Under the pieces are notes generated by a model that was given only the letters and a program-made list of their open reading frames with translations, did no database searches and was not told where the DNA came from. From assembly GCF_009914755.1 (NCBI RefSeq), contig NC_060925.1: a stretch of 64,000 nt of DNA; one strand, written 5' to 3'. Below are positions 41,136 through 59,084 of the stretch, in pieces. The first letter of the stretch is position 1; each line of letters opens with the position of its first letter. The stretch comes from the human T2T-CHM13v2.0 reference genome, Homo sapiens. Made by a program: the position numbers and the translations under genes.

Positions 41136-43284
41136 TTATCTGGTTTGGCTCTGTGTCCCCACCCAAATCTAATATTGAATTATGATCTTCACTGTTGGAG
41201 GAAGGGCCTGATGGGAGGTGATTGGATAACAGGGGTGGATTTCCCCCTTGCTGTTCTCATGGCAGCAAGAGTTCTTTATAGCAGTGTGAGAATGGCCTAA
41301 TAAAGAAAATTGGTACCAGAGAAGTGGGACATTGCTGTAAAGACACTGGAAAATATGGAAGCAGCTTTGGAACTGGGTAATGGGAAGAGTTGAAATAGTT
41401 TTGAGGGCTCAGAAAAGACAGAGATGAAGGAGAATTTAGAACTTCCTAGTGCTGATGGTGATACGGATAGTGAAGTCCAGGCTGAGGTGGCCTCACATGG
41501 AGATAAGGAACTTACTGGGAACGGGAGCAAAGGTTACTCTTGCTATGCTTTAGCAAAGAGACTGGTGGCATTATGCCCCTGCTCTAGAGATCTGTGGAAC
41601 TTTGAACTTGAGAGAAATGATTTAGGGTATCTGGTGAAAGAAATTTCTAAGGAGCAAAGCATTCAAGATGTGCCCTGGCTGCTTCTAAAAGCCTACATTC
41701 ATTTGCTAAACAAAGAAATGACCTGATACTAGAAATTATATTTAAAAGGGAAGGAGAACATAAAAGTTTGGAAACTTTGCAGCCTGACAACGCAGTAGAT
41801 AAAAACAATTTATTTTCTGGGGAGGAATTCGAGCCAGCTGCATAAATTTGCATAAATAAAGAAGAGCTGATTGTTAATAGCCAAGACAATGGGGAAATGG
41901 CCTCCAGGGCATTGCACAGACCTTGGCAATATCCCCTCCCATCACAGGCCTGGGGGTGTAGGAGGGGAAAATGGTTTCCTGGGCCAGGCCCAGGGCCCTG
42001 CTGCTCTGTGCAGCCTCAGGACATGGTACCCTCCATCCCAGCTGCTCCAGCTCCAGTCACAGCTAAAAGAGGACAAGGTATGCTCAAGCCATTGTTTCAG
42101 AGGGTACAAGCTACAAGCCTTTGTGACTTCCATGTGGTGTTGGGCCTGCAGGTATGCAGAAGACAAGAGTTGAGGCTTTGGAATCTCCGCCTAGATTTCA
42201 GAGGATGTATGGAAACACCTGAATGTCCAGGCAGATGTCTGTTGCAGGGGCAGAGCTATCATGGAGAACCTCTACTAGGGCAGTTCAGAGGGAAAATGTG
42301 GGGTCTGGGCCCCCAAACAGAGTCTCTACTGGGGCACTACCTAGTGGAGCTGTGGGAAGAGGGCCACCGTCCTCCAAACCCCAGAATGGTAGCTCCACCG
42401 GTAGCTTGCACTGTGCACCTGTAAAAGCCGCAGGCACTCAACTTGACATGCGAAAGCAGCTGCAGAGTGTGTACCCTGCAGAGCCACAGAGGCAGAGCTA
42501 CCCAAGGCCTTGGGACCCTGCCCCTTGCATCAGCATGTCCTAGATGTGAGACATGGAGTCAAAGGATATTATTTTGGAGCTTTAAAACTTGATGACTGAC
42601 CTGCTGGGTTTTGGACTTGCATGGGGCCTATAACCCCTTTGTTTTGGCCAATTTCTCCCTTTTGGAATGGGAGCATTTATGCAATGCCTGTACCCCCATT
42701 GTATCTTGAAAGTAACTAACTTGTTTTTGATTTTACAGGCTCATAGGCAGAAAGGACTTACCTTGTTTTAGATGAGACTTTGGACTTGGGCTTTTGGGTT
42801 AATGCTAGGATGAGTTAAGACTTTGGGGGATTGTTAGGAAGGCATGATTGCATTTTGAAATGTGAGAAGAACATGAGATTTGGGAGAGTTCAGAGGTGGA
42901 ATGATATGGTTTGGCTCTGTGTCCCCACCCAAATCTCATGTTGAATTGTAATTCCCAATGTTGGGGAAGGCATCTGGTAGAAGGTGGTTGGATCATGGGA
43001 GCAGATTTTTCTCTTGCTGTTCCCATGACAGGGAGTAAGTTCTGATGAGATCTGGTTGTTTAAAAGTGTATGGAACCTTCCCCTTCACTCTTTATCCTGC
43101 TCTGCCATGACAAGACATGCTTGCTTCCCCTTCAACTTCTGCCTTAATTGTAAGTTTCCTGAGGCCTCACAGCCATGCTTCCTGTACAGTCTGTGGAACT
43201 GTGAGTCAATTAAACTTCTTTCCTTCATAAATTACCCAGTCTCAGGCAGTTCTTTATATAATAGTGTGAGAATGGAATAATACA
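41136..43284 (+). mobile_element. MaLR provirus (THE1D/MSTA type): deleted 5' LTR ~41136-41304, internal region, 3' LTR 42902-43284
   Basis: LTR start 'tgatatggtttggctctgtgtccccacccaaatctc'; internal start 'aaaattggtaccaga'; TSD ccaca / ccata. Confidence 0.93.
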
Positions 43285-43666
43285 CCATATTAACAGAATA
43301 AAGCTGGGGAAAACTTGTTTATCTTAATAGATGCAAAGCTTTTGATGAAACTCAGCACATATATATGATATAAATTATCAGCAAACTAGGAATAGAAGAG
43401 AACTTCCTTAATCTAATAAAAACCACCTACAAAAAGCCTACAGATAGTATACTCAATGTTCTAACATTGGAAATGTTGAACATGTTCCCTTTGAGGTCAG
43501 AAACAAAGCAAAGATATTTGTTTTTACCACTTCTATTAACTATTGTCCTCCAGTGCAATAAGAGAAGGAAAAGAAATAAAAGACATAAACATTGGAAGGA
43601 AAAAAGTCAAACTGTTTTATTAATAATCATATTGTTTTGTAAAATAAAAAATCATGAGAATCTACA

Positions 43667-43960
43667 TTTTTTTTTCTTTTGAGACAGAGTCTTGCTCTGT
43701 CGCCCAGGCTGGAGTGCAGTGGCATGATCTTGCTCACTGCAACCTCTGTCTCCTGGTTTCAAGCAATGCTGCTGTCTCACCCTCCGGAGTACCTAGGATT
43801 ACAGATGAGTGCCACAACACCTGCTAATTTTTGTATTTTTAGTAGAGATGGGGTTTTGCCATGTTGTCCAGGGTGGCCACAAACTCCTGACCTCAGGTGA
43901 TCCACCTGTCTCGGCCTTCCAAAGTGCTCGGATTACAGGCATGAGCCACCACACACAGCC
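43667..43960 (-). mobile_element. AluS
   Basis: TSD agaatctaca at 43657-43666 and 43961-43970. Confidence 0.95.
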
Positions 43961-44380
43961 AGAATCTACAATTTGAATTAATAAATTATCAAAGTCATTA
44001 TTACTAAATTAACTCATGCAAGATAAATATATTAAAATAAATTGTATTTACATATATTAGCAAAAAATTGAAAATGAATTACAAAATATTCAAAATAGCT
44101 TCAAAAATTGTGACTATGAGGTATAAAGCTAACAAAACATTGCTGAGAAAATTGAGAACAAATACCCTGTTTTTATGGTTTGGAAGACCCGTGTTGTTAT
44201 AAATTCTCACCAAATTTGTCTATAACCAAAATCTATTTATTTGAAAAGATTAATAACATTAATAAACTGTTACCACAGTTGATCAAGAAAAAATATATAG
44301 TGGAATACATTTATAATTACAAAAAATGTAAATTGCTCAAACTCACCCAGACAGAGGTTTTTAAATAGGATTAAAAACAA

Positions 44381-45660
<1,280 letters not shown>

Positions 45661-47018
45661 TATATTTTAAAAACATTTTTAAAATGTTGGTGGTCACATC
45701 CATCTTTGGTACTTTAGAAAATGTTTTTGCCATGGAAAGGAGGTTTGGCTGGGTGAGCTTTAAGGTATCTTTAAATTGAATTACTTTAGACACTCAAAGA
45801 ATTGGTAGCAATCCTGTTGACACTGCTTCAAAAGATAGGGAAAGAGAGAATCCTCCCTAAATCATTCTGTTAAGCCAGTATCACTCTAATATCGAAACCA
45901 GGAAAGGACATAACAAAATAAGAAAACTACAGACCAATATCCCTGATGAACATAGATGCAAAAATTTTCAACAAAATACTAACTAACCAAATTCAACAGC
46001 ATATCAAAAGATAATCCACCATGATCAAGTGGGGTCTATGCCAGGGAGGCAGGGATGGTTTAACACACACAAGTCAACAAATGTGATACACCACATAAAT
46101 AGAATTAAAAACAGAAATCACATGAATCATCTCAACAGATGCAAATAAAATCATTTGACAAAATTCAGCATCCATTTATGAATAAGACCCTCAGCAAAAT
46201 CAGCATAGAAAGGACATACTTTAAGGTAATAAAAACCATCCATGACAAACCCACAGCCAACATTATATTGAACAGGGAAAAGTTGAAAGCATTCCACCTG
46301 AGAACTGGAACAAGACAAGGATGCCCACTTTCACCGCTTCTATTCAACATAGCAATGGAAGTCCTAACCAGAGTAATCAGACAAGAGAAAGAAATAAAAG
46401 GCATCCAAATCAGTAAAGACGAAGTCAAACTGTCACTGTTCACTGGTGATATAATTGTATACTTAAAGAAACCCTAAAAACTCATCCAAAAAGCTCCTAG
46501 AACTGAAAAATGAATTCAGTAAAGTTTCAGGATACAAAATCAATGTAGACAAATCAGCAGCACTGCTATAAACCAATAGCAACCAAGCTGAAAACCAATA
46601 AAAAACTCAACCCCTTTTACAATAGCTGCAAAAAACAAAAACAAAACAAAAACTTACAAATATACCTAACCAAGGAAATGAAAGATCTCTCCAAGGAAAA
46701 CTACAAAACACTCCTGAAAGAAATCATATGCAACACAAACAAATGGAAACATATCCCATTTCACAATATTGTGAAAATGACCTTACTGCCAAAAGCAATC
46801 TACAAATTCAATGTAATTCCCATCAAAGTACTATTATTATTCTTCACAGAACGAGAAAAAAAAAAAAAAAAAACCTCCCAAATATCATAAGGAGCCAAAA
46901 AAGAGCCAGCACAGCCAAACCAAGATTAAGCAAAAAGAACAAATCTGGAGGCATCATATTACCTGGCTTCACTTTTCACTTCACTTCAAACTATACTATA
47001 AGGCTTAGGCAAAGACTT

Positions 47019-49653
<2,635 letters not shown>

Positions 49654-51729
49654 GACTTCATGAACAATAAAGTACAACAAAAACAAAGGTAAATAGATGT
49701 GACTTAATTAAATTAAAAAACTTCTGAACAGCAAAAGAAATAATCAGCAGAGTAACCAGACAACACACAGAGTGGGAGAAAATCTTCATAGTCTATATAT
49801 CCAACAAAGGACTAATATCCAGAATATACAAGGAACTCAAACAAATCAGCAAGAAAAAAAACGAATAATCCCATCAAAATGTGGGATAAGGACATGAATA
49901 GACAATTCTCAAAAGAAGACATACAAATGGCCAACAAACATATGAAAAAATGCTCAACATCACTAATGATTAGGGAAATGCAAATCAAAACCGCAATGTG
50001 ATACCACCTTACTTCTTCAGGAATGGCCATAATCAAAACAATTAAAAAATAATAGATGTTGGCATGGATGTGGTGAAAAGAGAACACTTTTACACTGCTG
50101 GTAGGAATGTAAACTAGTACAACCACTATGGAAAACAGTATGGAGATTCCTTAAGGCACTAAAAGTAGATCTATCATTTGATCCAGCAATCCCACTACTG
50201 GGTATCTACCCAGAGGCAAAGAAGCCATTATACAAAAAAGATACTTGCACATTCATGTTTATAGCAGAACAATTTACAATTGCAAAAATATGGAAGCAAC
50301 CCAAATGTCAACCAATCAATGAATGGATAAAGAAAGTGTGGTATATATATACACACCATGGAATAATAGCCATAAGAAGGAATGAAACAATGGCTTTTGC
50401 AGCAACCTGGATGGAAGTGGTGACCATTATTCTAAGTGAAGTAACTCAGGAATGGAAAACCAAAAATTGTAATTTCTCACTTAAAAGTGGGAGCTAAGCT
50501 GTGAGGACTCACAGACATAAAAATGACATAGTGGTCTTCGGTACTCAGAGGAAAGGGTGGGAGGGGGGTGAGGGATAAAAGACTATACATTGGGTACAGT
50601 GGTGTACACCTTTTGGTGATGGGTGCACCAAAATCTCAGAAATCACCAATAAAGGACTTATCCATGTAACCAAACACTACATGTTCCCCAAAAATGTATT
50701 GAAGTAAAATAATAATAATAGAAATAATTACTCCAGTAATATAAAAGTCCTTTCTTCAGTTGAAGATGAATTTTTCTTCTTTGAGGTCATCCAACAGCCT
50801 AACTTTGAACAAGCCTATGCACTAACTAAAAAAGTGCTAGGTGTGTTGGTCTTGGATAGGTCTTAAGCTTGAAAAATGTTGCTTTAACCCTTTCCCGTTA
50901 CCCAGTGCACAACAAAAACAGACTTCTGTGCTTGGTTAGATATGAGAACACTTTGATGTCTGGTATGATCTGACCAGTTGATAAAAGGAGGGGTAATTTT
51001 TACTAAGAAAAAAGTTCCATGTTATTACCCATCTGTTTGAGATGAAAAGTTTACGTCTAGGGAGTTCACAGGTAGGGTCGTGAGCCTTTGCATACATCAT
51101 AAACCTGAGGATGACTTGGTGATGAGTAAGTTTGTTGCTGTGGCAGGTGGGGCCTCATTTTTTTTTAGTAAGATGCTTAACAGCTACACTCAACTTTTTT
51201 CTTCTTATTTATTCAGTTACTGCTTTTGATGGAATTTGGAAAAGGTAGAGGCTCCCTGAGCACAGTGAATGCATTGGCCTAGTCGTGGGCAAAAGGAAAA
51301 GATGTCTAGTGTGCTCCCTGACTGGGATTATGACAGGCCTGGCCAAATGCTGGTGTGAATCTGGGTCCACGTATGCTTCTAAAACCTGCATACAGTCCTG
51401 GTAAAGAAGGAAATCTGAGCCAGTGTTCCAGATCCCTCTTTTCTCAAGGGCATAAGATGTTTTCTCTAATGGAAAGCTTAGAATTATTAAAATGCCAGAG
51501 TTGAATATGACACTAAAGATAAACTCCATCTAATTAATGAATTATATCACATTTATACAGATCCAGTACCCCTCAGCTATCATAAATCAAAACTGCTTTT
51601 CCTTATTATCATTATTGTTGTCTCATTAAAAACCACACAGAACAAAAACACAGGAGATACTTTGCAATAAAGTTTTCCTGCATTGTTTGATAAAGTAAAA
51701 AGCAGGGCATATTTGGAGTCAGTTCTTTT

Positions 51730-54700
51730 TTGTATGTGTGGTAGAATTCAGCTGTGAATCTTTCTGGTCCCAGACTCTTCATTGTTGGAAGATTTTTTTT
51801 ATTACTGAGACAATTTTACTATTACTGGTTTGCCCAGAATTTCCATTTCACTCTGCTGCAATCTTGGGAGCTTGTATGTTTCCAGGAATTTATCCATTTC
51901 CTCTAAGTTTTCTAGGTTTTCTAGTTTGTGTATGTAGAGATGCTCATAGTGATCTCTGATGATCTTTTGTATTTCTGTGGTATCAGTTGAAAAGTCACCT
52001 TTATAATTTCTGATTGTGCTTATTTGAATTTTCTCTCTTTTTTCTTCATTAATAAAGATAGCAATCTATCAATTTTGTTTATCCTTTTAAATAACTAATT
52101 TTTAATTTCATTAATCCTTTGTATGGTTTCTGGTCTCAATTTCATGGAGTTCTACTCTACTCTTTTTTTTTCTGCTAGCTTTGGGTTTGGATTGTTCTTG
52201 TTTTTCTAGTTTCTTGAGGTTCCATGTTAGGTTATTAATTTTGTGCTTTTCTCTTTTGATGTGGACATTTAACACTATAAACTTTCTTCTTAGCACTGCT
52301 TTTGCTGTATGCCAGAGGTTTTGGTATGTTGTGCCTCTTTTAATTAATTTCAAAAATTTTTAAATTTCTTTCTTAATTTCATTACTTATCCAAAGATCAT
52401 TCAAGAGCAGATTGTTTAATTTCCATGCACTTGCATAGTTTTTTGAGAGTTCCTTTTGGTATTAATTTCTAGTTTTATTCCACTGTTATCTGAGAAGATA
52501 CTTGATGTGATTTCAATTTTTAAAACATTTATTGAGACTTACATTGTCCCCAGCATATGGTCTTTATTGGGGAATGTTCCATAAGAAGAATGTAAACTTT
52601 GCAGTTGTTGGGGAAATGTTCTGTAAATGTCTGTTAGGTCCATTTGGTCATGAGTCCAATTTATGTCCACAGTTTCTTTGTTGATTTTTCTGCCTTGATG
52701 ATCTGTTCAGTGTTGTCAGTGAAGTGTTGAAGTCCTTCACTATTATTATATTGCTCTTTATGTCTTTCATTAAGTCTAGTTTTTTGTTGTTTTTTTTTTT
52801 TATAATTCTGGGTACTCTCATATTAGATGCATATTTGGACTGAAATATCTTCCCATTGAATTGATCCCTATATTATTATGTCAAACCTTCTTTGTGTTGT
52901 TTTTACTGTTATTGGTTTACAGTCTGTTTTGTCTGATATAAATATAGACACTCCTGCACAGTTTTGGTTTCTGTTTGTATGAAATATCTTTTTCCATCCC
53001 TTTCTTTCTTTCTCTTGGATCTGTAAATCTTTACTAGTTAGATAGGTTTCTTGTAAGCATCATATAGTAGGATCTTGTTTTTTATTGCACTGGTCTGTAT
53101 CTTTTAAGTGGAGCATTTAGTTCATTTACATTCAAAGTTACTATTGTTATGTGAGGTTTTGTTCCCATTATAATGTTAATTGTTTCCTAGTTGCTTTCTA
53201 GTTGCAGTTGTGTAATTGGTTCATAAGACCTGTGATTTTATGCTTTTGTGTGTTGTTATGATGATGAGTATTGCCCTTTTGTTTTCATGCTTAAAACTCT
53301 GAGCATTTCTTGTAGAACCAGTTTAGTGGTGATAAATTTCCTTAGCATTTGCTTATCTGTGAAAGACTATTTCTCCTTCATTTATGAAGCTTCTTCATTT
53401 AGCAGGATATAAAATTCTTGGCTCACAGGTTTTTTCTTTGAAAAAAGTGAGAATAGGACCCCAGTCTCTTCTGGCTTGTAAGGTTTCTGCTGAGAATTCT
53501 GCTATTAGTCTGATAGGATTTCCTTTAGAGGTGATTAGACACTTCTCTCGTGCTACTTTTAAGATTTTTTTTTCATGTTGACTTTGGATAGTGTGATGGC
53601 TACATGCCTTGATGAAGTTCATTTTGCAAAGTATCTTCCACATGTTCTTTGATCTTCTTTTATCGTGAAGTCTAAATCTCTAGCAAGGCCACAGAAATTT
53701 TCCTGAATTATTCCCTGAAATAGGTTTTCCAAACTTTTTGTTTTTGTTTTTGTTTTCCCTTGGGAATACCTACTACTCATAGTTTTGCTCACTTTACATA
53801 ATTCTATATTCCTTGAAGACTTTGTTCATTTTTTACATTATTTTTTCTTTATTTTCATCTTTAAACTTTAAAATTCTTTCTTCTGCATGGTCTAGTCTAT
53901 TAATGCTTTCAACTGTGTTTTGTAATTCCTTCAGTGAATTTTTTATTTCCAGAAGTTCCATGAGAGTTTAAGTGTCTCTTTCTCTAGTAAATTTTTAATT
54001 CATATTTTGAATTGTTTTGCTGATTTCTTTGTGTTGATTTTCAACCTTCTTTCGGATCTTATTGAGCTTTCTTACAATTAGTATTTTGAATTCTTTATCT
54101 GTCATTTCAGAAGTTTTATTTTAGTTAGAATCCATTGCTAGAGAGCTAGTGTGATCCTTTAGGGGTGTTGAAATGGCCTGTTTTTTTTATACAGCCAGAG
54201 TTCTTATGCTAATTCCTTTTCACCTGGAGAAGCTGTCACTTCTTATTTTTGCATATACTTTTGTTTGAATGGGGCTTTTTCTTTTCACTCTTTGAGAGTG
54301 TGACTGCAGCATATGTTGGGTAGGTTCTTTGGCTTTGCTTCTGGGTGCTTTTAGGAGCTCAAGGCTCTGTATGAATTCTCTTATAAATAGCCTTAGTGGG
54401 GTGATTTTCTCAAATACTGGCTGTTTGTAAGTTGTAGTGGCAGTGTACTGGGTATGTGAGCAAGCTCACTGCCTCCTGCAGAGATGGAGAGCTTCTTAGG
54501 AAGCTTATCTAATTCCTCACTGGTGTGCACATCTGTCTGCAGGTATTGTATTTGGTTGTACAGTTCCACTTGCTGGCCAGTAGGTGGTGATTGTAGTAGA
54601 GGCAGCTGCAGTGGTAGCAGTGGGATTTATGCTTGGCCATTGTTAATCAGAAGAAATACTCTGATATCCTGGGTGATGAGTGGGGCTATGGGACTCCCTG

Positions 54701-55630
54701 GGATCCCCATCTGGTGTTCTACCACTGAGGCAGGTGGAGGGGGCAAAGCTGGATGTGGCTGAGTCAAGCAAGCCCTTGACCAGGCTCTCTAATAGCAGGT
54801 GCAAGCACTGACCCTGGCAGGGTTTGAACCTCTAATGGCAGGTGCAGGCACTGAACCTGGAAGGGTTCAGAGTTCAGGTCACTGGAGCAACTTTCCAGGG
54901 AGGGATGGAGGTGCTTCTGTCCTTCCGAAGAACTCCCATGGAGCATTGGGGGACATTCCTGGAATCCACAGCCCAGCAGATGGTAGTGGGACTCATCCAG
55001 TTACCATGCCCTCTACCAGATGGGTCTCTCTCCAGTGTCTGGCAGCAAGCAGCAGGCCAGAACAGCTAGCCCAGTTCTTAGCAGACTGCATTTAGATCAT
55101 GAAGATGCCCCAGGCTGAAAGAATCCATGCCTAGGGGCAGAAAGTGTGGCTCTCAGGCTATACTCTTTCCAGTCTGGTCCATGAAGGGAGGGGTTGCCAG
55201 CTTTCATACAGCAGTGCAAACCATGCCACACTCTCCTCTCAGTTCTGACCATGAAAACATCTCTCTGCCTGATGTCAGTTCACATATCTCATCACCATAC
55301 CTGTGGACAGTGTGCTTGAGTCCCAGGGGGATGGGCCTGGGCCAGCAGACTTGTTCTCAGGCCCCCTGGACTCAAGCACTGATTGTGATAGGGGCAGGCT
55401 GGTCCAGGATTAGCAGAATACTCAGGCAGTGTGGCTGCACTGCAGCCCTGCTGCCAGGAAGGGCAGGCCTCTCTCCATGGGAACAATCAAGTAGGCAGCT
55501 TTGGGGAAGACCAGTAGGCATGGGGCACGCGGTCCCAATGTGCCTCAATTTCACAGCAAGCTGCAACAACTGGCAGCAGAACCCATCCCCGGGATGTGTG
55601 TGAGCAACAGGCCTCCTCCCTCCCTCCCTG
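51730..55630 (-). mobile_element. L1M (L1MA-era) 5' half: GC-richer 5' UTR, ORF1, ORF2 EN
   Basis: ORF 53395..53643(-) 'KILKVAREK..ITSKGNPIRLIAEFSAETLQARRDWGPI' is L1 ORF1p; 52111..52353(-) is ORF2. Confidence 0.92.
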
Positions 55631-55679
55631 GCCTTATCTTTTATTTTCTCGTTGAATCCTTGCAATGACAACATAAGGC

Positions 55680-55815
55680 AGAATCTATAATTTGCTCCCA
55701 TTATAGATGGTAAAACTGAGTCTTAGAGAGGTCAATTAACTTAGCCAAGATCATGCAACCAGGAAGAGGTAAAGTAGGGATTGGAATCCAGGCTTTTAAC
55801 CATGACTAGTTTTAA
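55680..55815 (-). mobile_element. MIR
   Basis: 'ttatagatggtaaaactgagtcttagagaggtcaattaacttagccaag'. Confidence 0.75.
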
Positions 55816-56109
55816 CCAATGCTGCTGCCTCCTCAGTTGGTACAGGAGGCTTACTAATGGTTTTTTAAATCTAAAATGCATTAATCCAGAAATGTTATGC
55901 CTATGTATAGGATAAATGGGAAAGTGTATGGAAAAATGACAAAAATGGGGGCCAAAATATATAGGATTTAAAATCTGCCTGCGTATAACTCAAACCACTC
56001 AGAGAAGGAAACACATCAGTACCTGATAATAGATGGGCTTATAATAAATATCCTTTTATTACTTTCTTTTATGGAAGGCTAGTCCAGACCCCACAAGACT
56101 TTAATGAGG

Positions 56110-56240
56110 ACTGTGACACTTTACCAGTTATGTGACCTTGAGGAAGACAACCTCTCTGGGCCTCAATTTCTTCCTTGGCAAAATCAGGGGACTGGAGATA
56201 GTTACTTTTAAGTCCCTTTTAGCTGTTTCATCCAGTGACT
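56110..56240 (+). mobile_element. MIR
   Basis: 'tgtgaccttgagga...cctctctgggcctcaatttc'. Confidence 0.7.
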
Positions 56241-56466
56241 TTATGATGTTAGGAATTTATTCCATTTCTGCCATATGAACTGTCTATTTTTAAGGCAGGC
56301 CTAGCTATGTAGCCCTTTGAGCTGACTAATCTAGTTTTGTGCCCGCTACTGTCCAGATCTTCCAGTTTCAATATCAGACGTGAATATAAGACTTACTTCC
56401 CTCATCTTTTTTTTGATACACATGAAATATCTCAGAAAACAAATGCCCTTTAATATAGGAATGGTG

Positions 56467-56808
<342 letters not shown>

Positions 56809-57849
56809 TTATGAAATATTTAATATAAATATGAGGTATTTAACATAGGAAAATGGAATATTTGTGTATAACATATATATATATCCAATTTAATCTTTTA
56901 TATATTTATGTGTTATAAATATGTATCATACATAGAGAGAGCAATTCATGATGAATTGTTACATGAAGAAAGTGTGTTGCAGATTAATATTTATAGTACA
57001 ACTGATTTTTGTAAAGAAGCAAGGAAAGAATAAAGAAAATGATGAAGAAAGAGAGGCAGCAAAAGGCACAGAGCAAAAGAAAGTAAGAAACAATTATGTA
57101 TGTGCATCTGTGTCTATATGTGTGGGTTTTTGTGACTAAGAACCTGTTAAGTTTGTCTTTATGTGTTTCTTTATAGCTTGACTTTTTACAATATGCACAT
57201 ATTTCTTTTGTAGTAAAATAAGACAAAAAGAAAAAAAAACTTAACTCCCAAGAAGACTTAGTTTCATATCCTTTCATGTCCTTTCCTGATTACTGCTCAT
57301 CTTCCCCTCTCTTCCTGTCTTCTCCTCTCTTCCCCATAGAGAATCACTGCTTCCATATATTCATCACCAGCTAAGCAGAGTTTTAGTTTTACTTAATAAC
57401 AGCAAAATAAAACGCCCCCCCCCCATTTTTCAAAAAAGCACACTTTTATTTTATCGTGCTGTTTAATATGCTTTTTCAAAAAGTCCTATTACAGACTGCC
57501 TACTTTCCCCTGTCCCTGTTGAAAGCCCTCCTCAGGAGTGAACTCCCACTCCAGGAAAGCAGTTATCTGACATTTTATGTTGCTGGCAAGTTATCACTCT
57601 TAAAGCACTGGGATCACCTGTATGTTTACATATTTCAAAGGAAAATGTCTCTTTAACATTTTTAGAAGAATGTAAAACTATCTTTTTTAATGTTTGACAC
57701 ACAAGGAAGCTCTGGGAATGTTATTGCAATCCAAATCAAATTCTTTTGTGGTTCATGGAACAAAAGACAGGTGGGGGGAAAATAGAACAAAAAAAAAGCA
57801 GCTCATCATATTTTTTTCAACAATATTTTGATATGTTAAATCTGTGAGG

Positions 57850-58130
57850 GGCTGGCCGCAGTGGCTCACGCCTGTAATCTCAGCACTTTGGGAGGTCGAG
57901 GCGGGTGGATCACCTGATGTCAGGAGGTCTAGACCAGCCTGGCCAGCATGGTGAAACTCTGTCTCTATTAAAGAATACAAAAATTAGCCGGGCGTGGTGG
58001 CACGTGCCTGTAATCCCAGCTACTCAGGAGGCTGAGGCAGGAGAATCGCTTGAACCTGGGCTGATATTGCACTATTGCACTCCAGCCTGGGCAAGAAGAA
58101 TGAAACTCCGTTTCAAAAAAAAAAAAAAAA
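57850..58130 (+). mobile_element. AluS (Sq/Sp-like) with an internal right-arm deletion
   Basis: 'cttgaacctggg' joined directly to 'ctgatattgcactattgcactcc'; TSD-like aaatctgtgagg / aaatctgcaagg. Confidence 0.9.
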
Positions 58131-58159
58131 TCTGCAAGGAAATGAAGGACAATTTGATC

Positions 58160-58545
58160 AGAATGTTAGGATGTTAAAATTAAATGAGAACTTAGAAACC
58201 ATTGAATTCAGTTCCTATATTTTACAAATAAAAAACATGAAGACCAGATAAGAGAAATTATTTGCACCAAGTCACACAATAATGTAATAGCAGTGTGGCG
58301 ATTATGCCCTCCATTTCCTACCTCTCAATAATGAAGTGAACATTCTGGGCTTTGGATGCAGGTAGACCTGATTTGGAGTCTTAGACCTCCATTTAATAGT
58401 TATGTGACATTTTATTTACTCGTGTAAAATAAAAATGTGATATTTGTCTCATAGAATTATTGTGAAAATCAGATGGAATAGTTTATATAAATAGTACAAT
58501 GTTTAGAGCATAGAAAGTGCACATAAAACATTAGGTAAAAATCTA
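58160..58545. mobile_element. Two MIR remnants in opposite orientation
   Basis: MIR core motifs. Confidence 0.55.
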
Positions 58546-58669
58546 TTTTAATGCTCCACCTACTCTGTATATTTTGTTTGCATATTACCTACCTTTCTAG
58601 TGCATTTTATCTTGTTCTTACATTTGTGAGGCAAAATAAGGCCATCCAAAATTATCCCTTTATATCACT

Positions 58670-59050
58670 TAATATGGTTTGGCTCTGTGTCCCCACCCAA
58701 ATCTCATGTTGAATTATAATTCCCAGTGTTGGTGGAGGACCTTGTAGTAAGTGATTGGATCATAGGGGTGGATTCACCCTTGCTGTTCTTGTGAAAATGA
58801 GTGGGTTCTCAGGGGATTTGATGTTTAAAAGTGTGTGGTGCTTTCCCCTTCACTTGCTTTCTCTCCTGCTGCCATGTTAAGATATGCTTGCTTCCCCTTT
58901 GCCCTTCTACTATGATTGTAAGTTTCCTGAGGCCTCCCAGCCATGGTTCCTATATAGCCTGTGGAACTGTGAGTCAGTTAAACCTCTTTTCTTCATAAAT
59001 TACCCAATCTCAGGTAGCTCTTTGTAGCAGTGGGTGAACGGACTAATACA
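58670..59050 (+). mobile_element. Solo THE1D/MSTA-type LTR
   Basis: Same family as 42902-43284; ends 'gactaataca'. Confidence 0.92.
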
Positions 59051-59084
59051 CATTGTTCTGGTTTTCTCATGTTTTTCATGGCCC

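Noticed and set aside
41424-42543. Overlapping 100-175 aa ORFs here and at 47977-48698
   Set aside because: Broken MaLR internal-region frames; the 203-aa frame runs into an Alu tail
50730-51730. ~1 kb apparently unique block examined for exons or RNA genes
   Set aside because: No convincing splice pair, recognisable peptide or structure found by eye
54484-55701. GC-richer block with several ORFs as a possible promoter or gene
   Set aside because: CpG-depleted and contiguous with L1 ORF1, so it is the 5' UTR of an old L1
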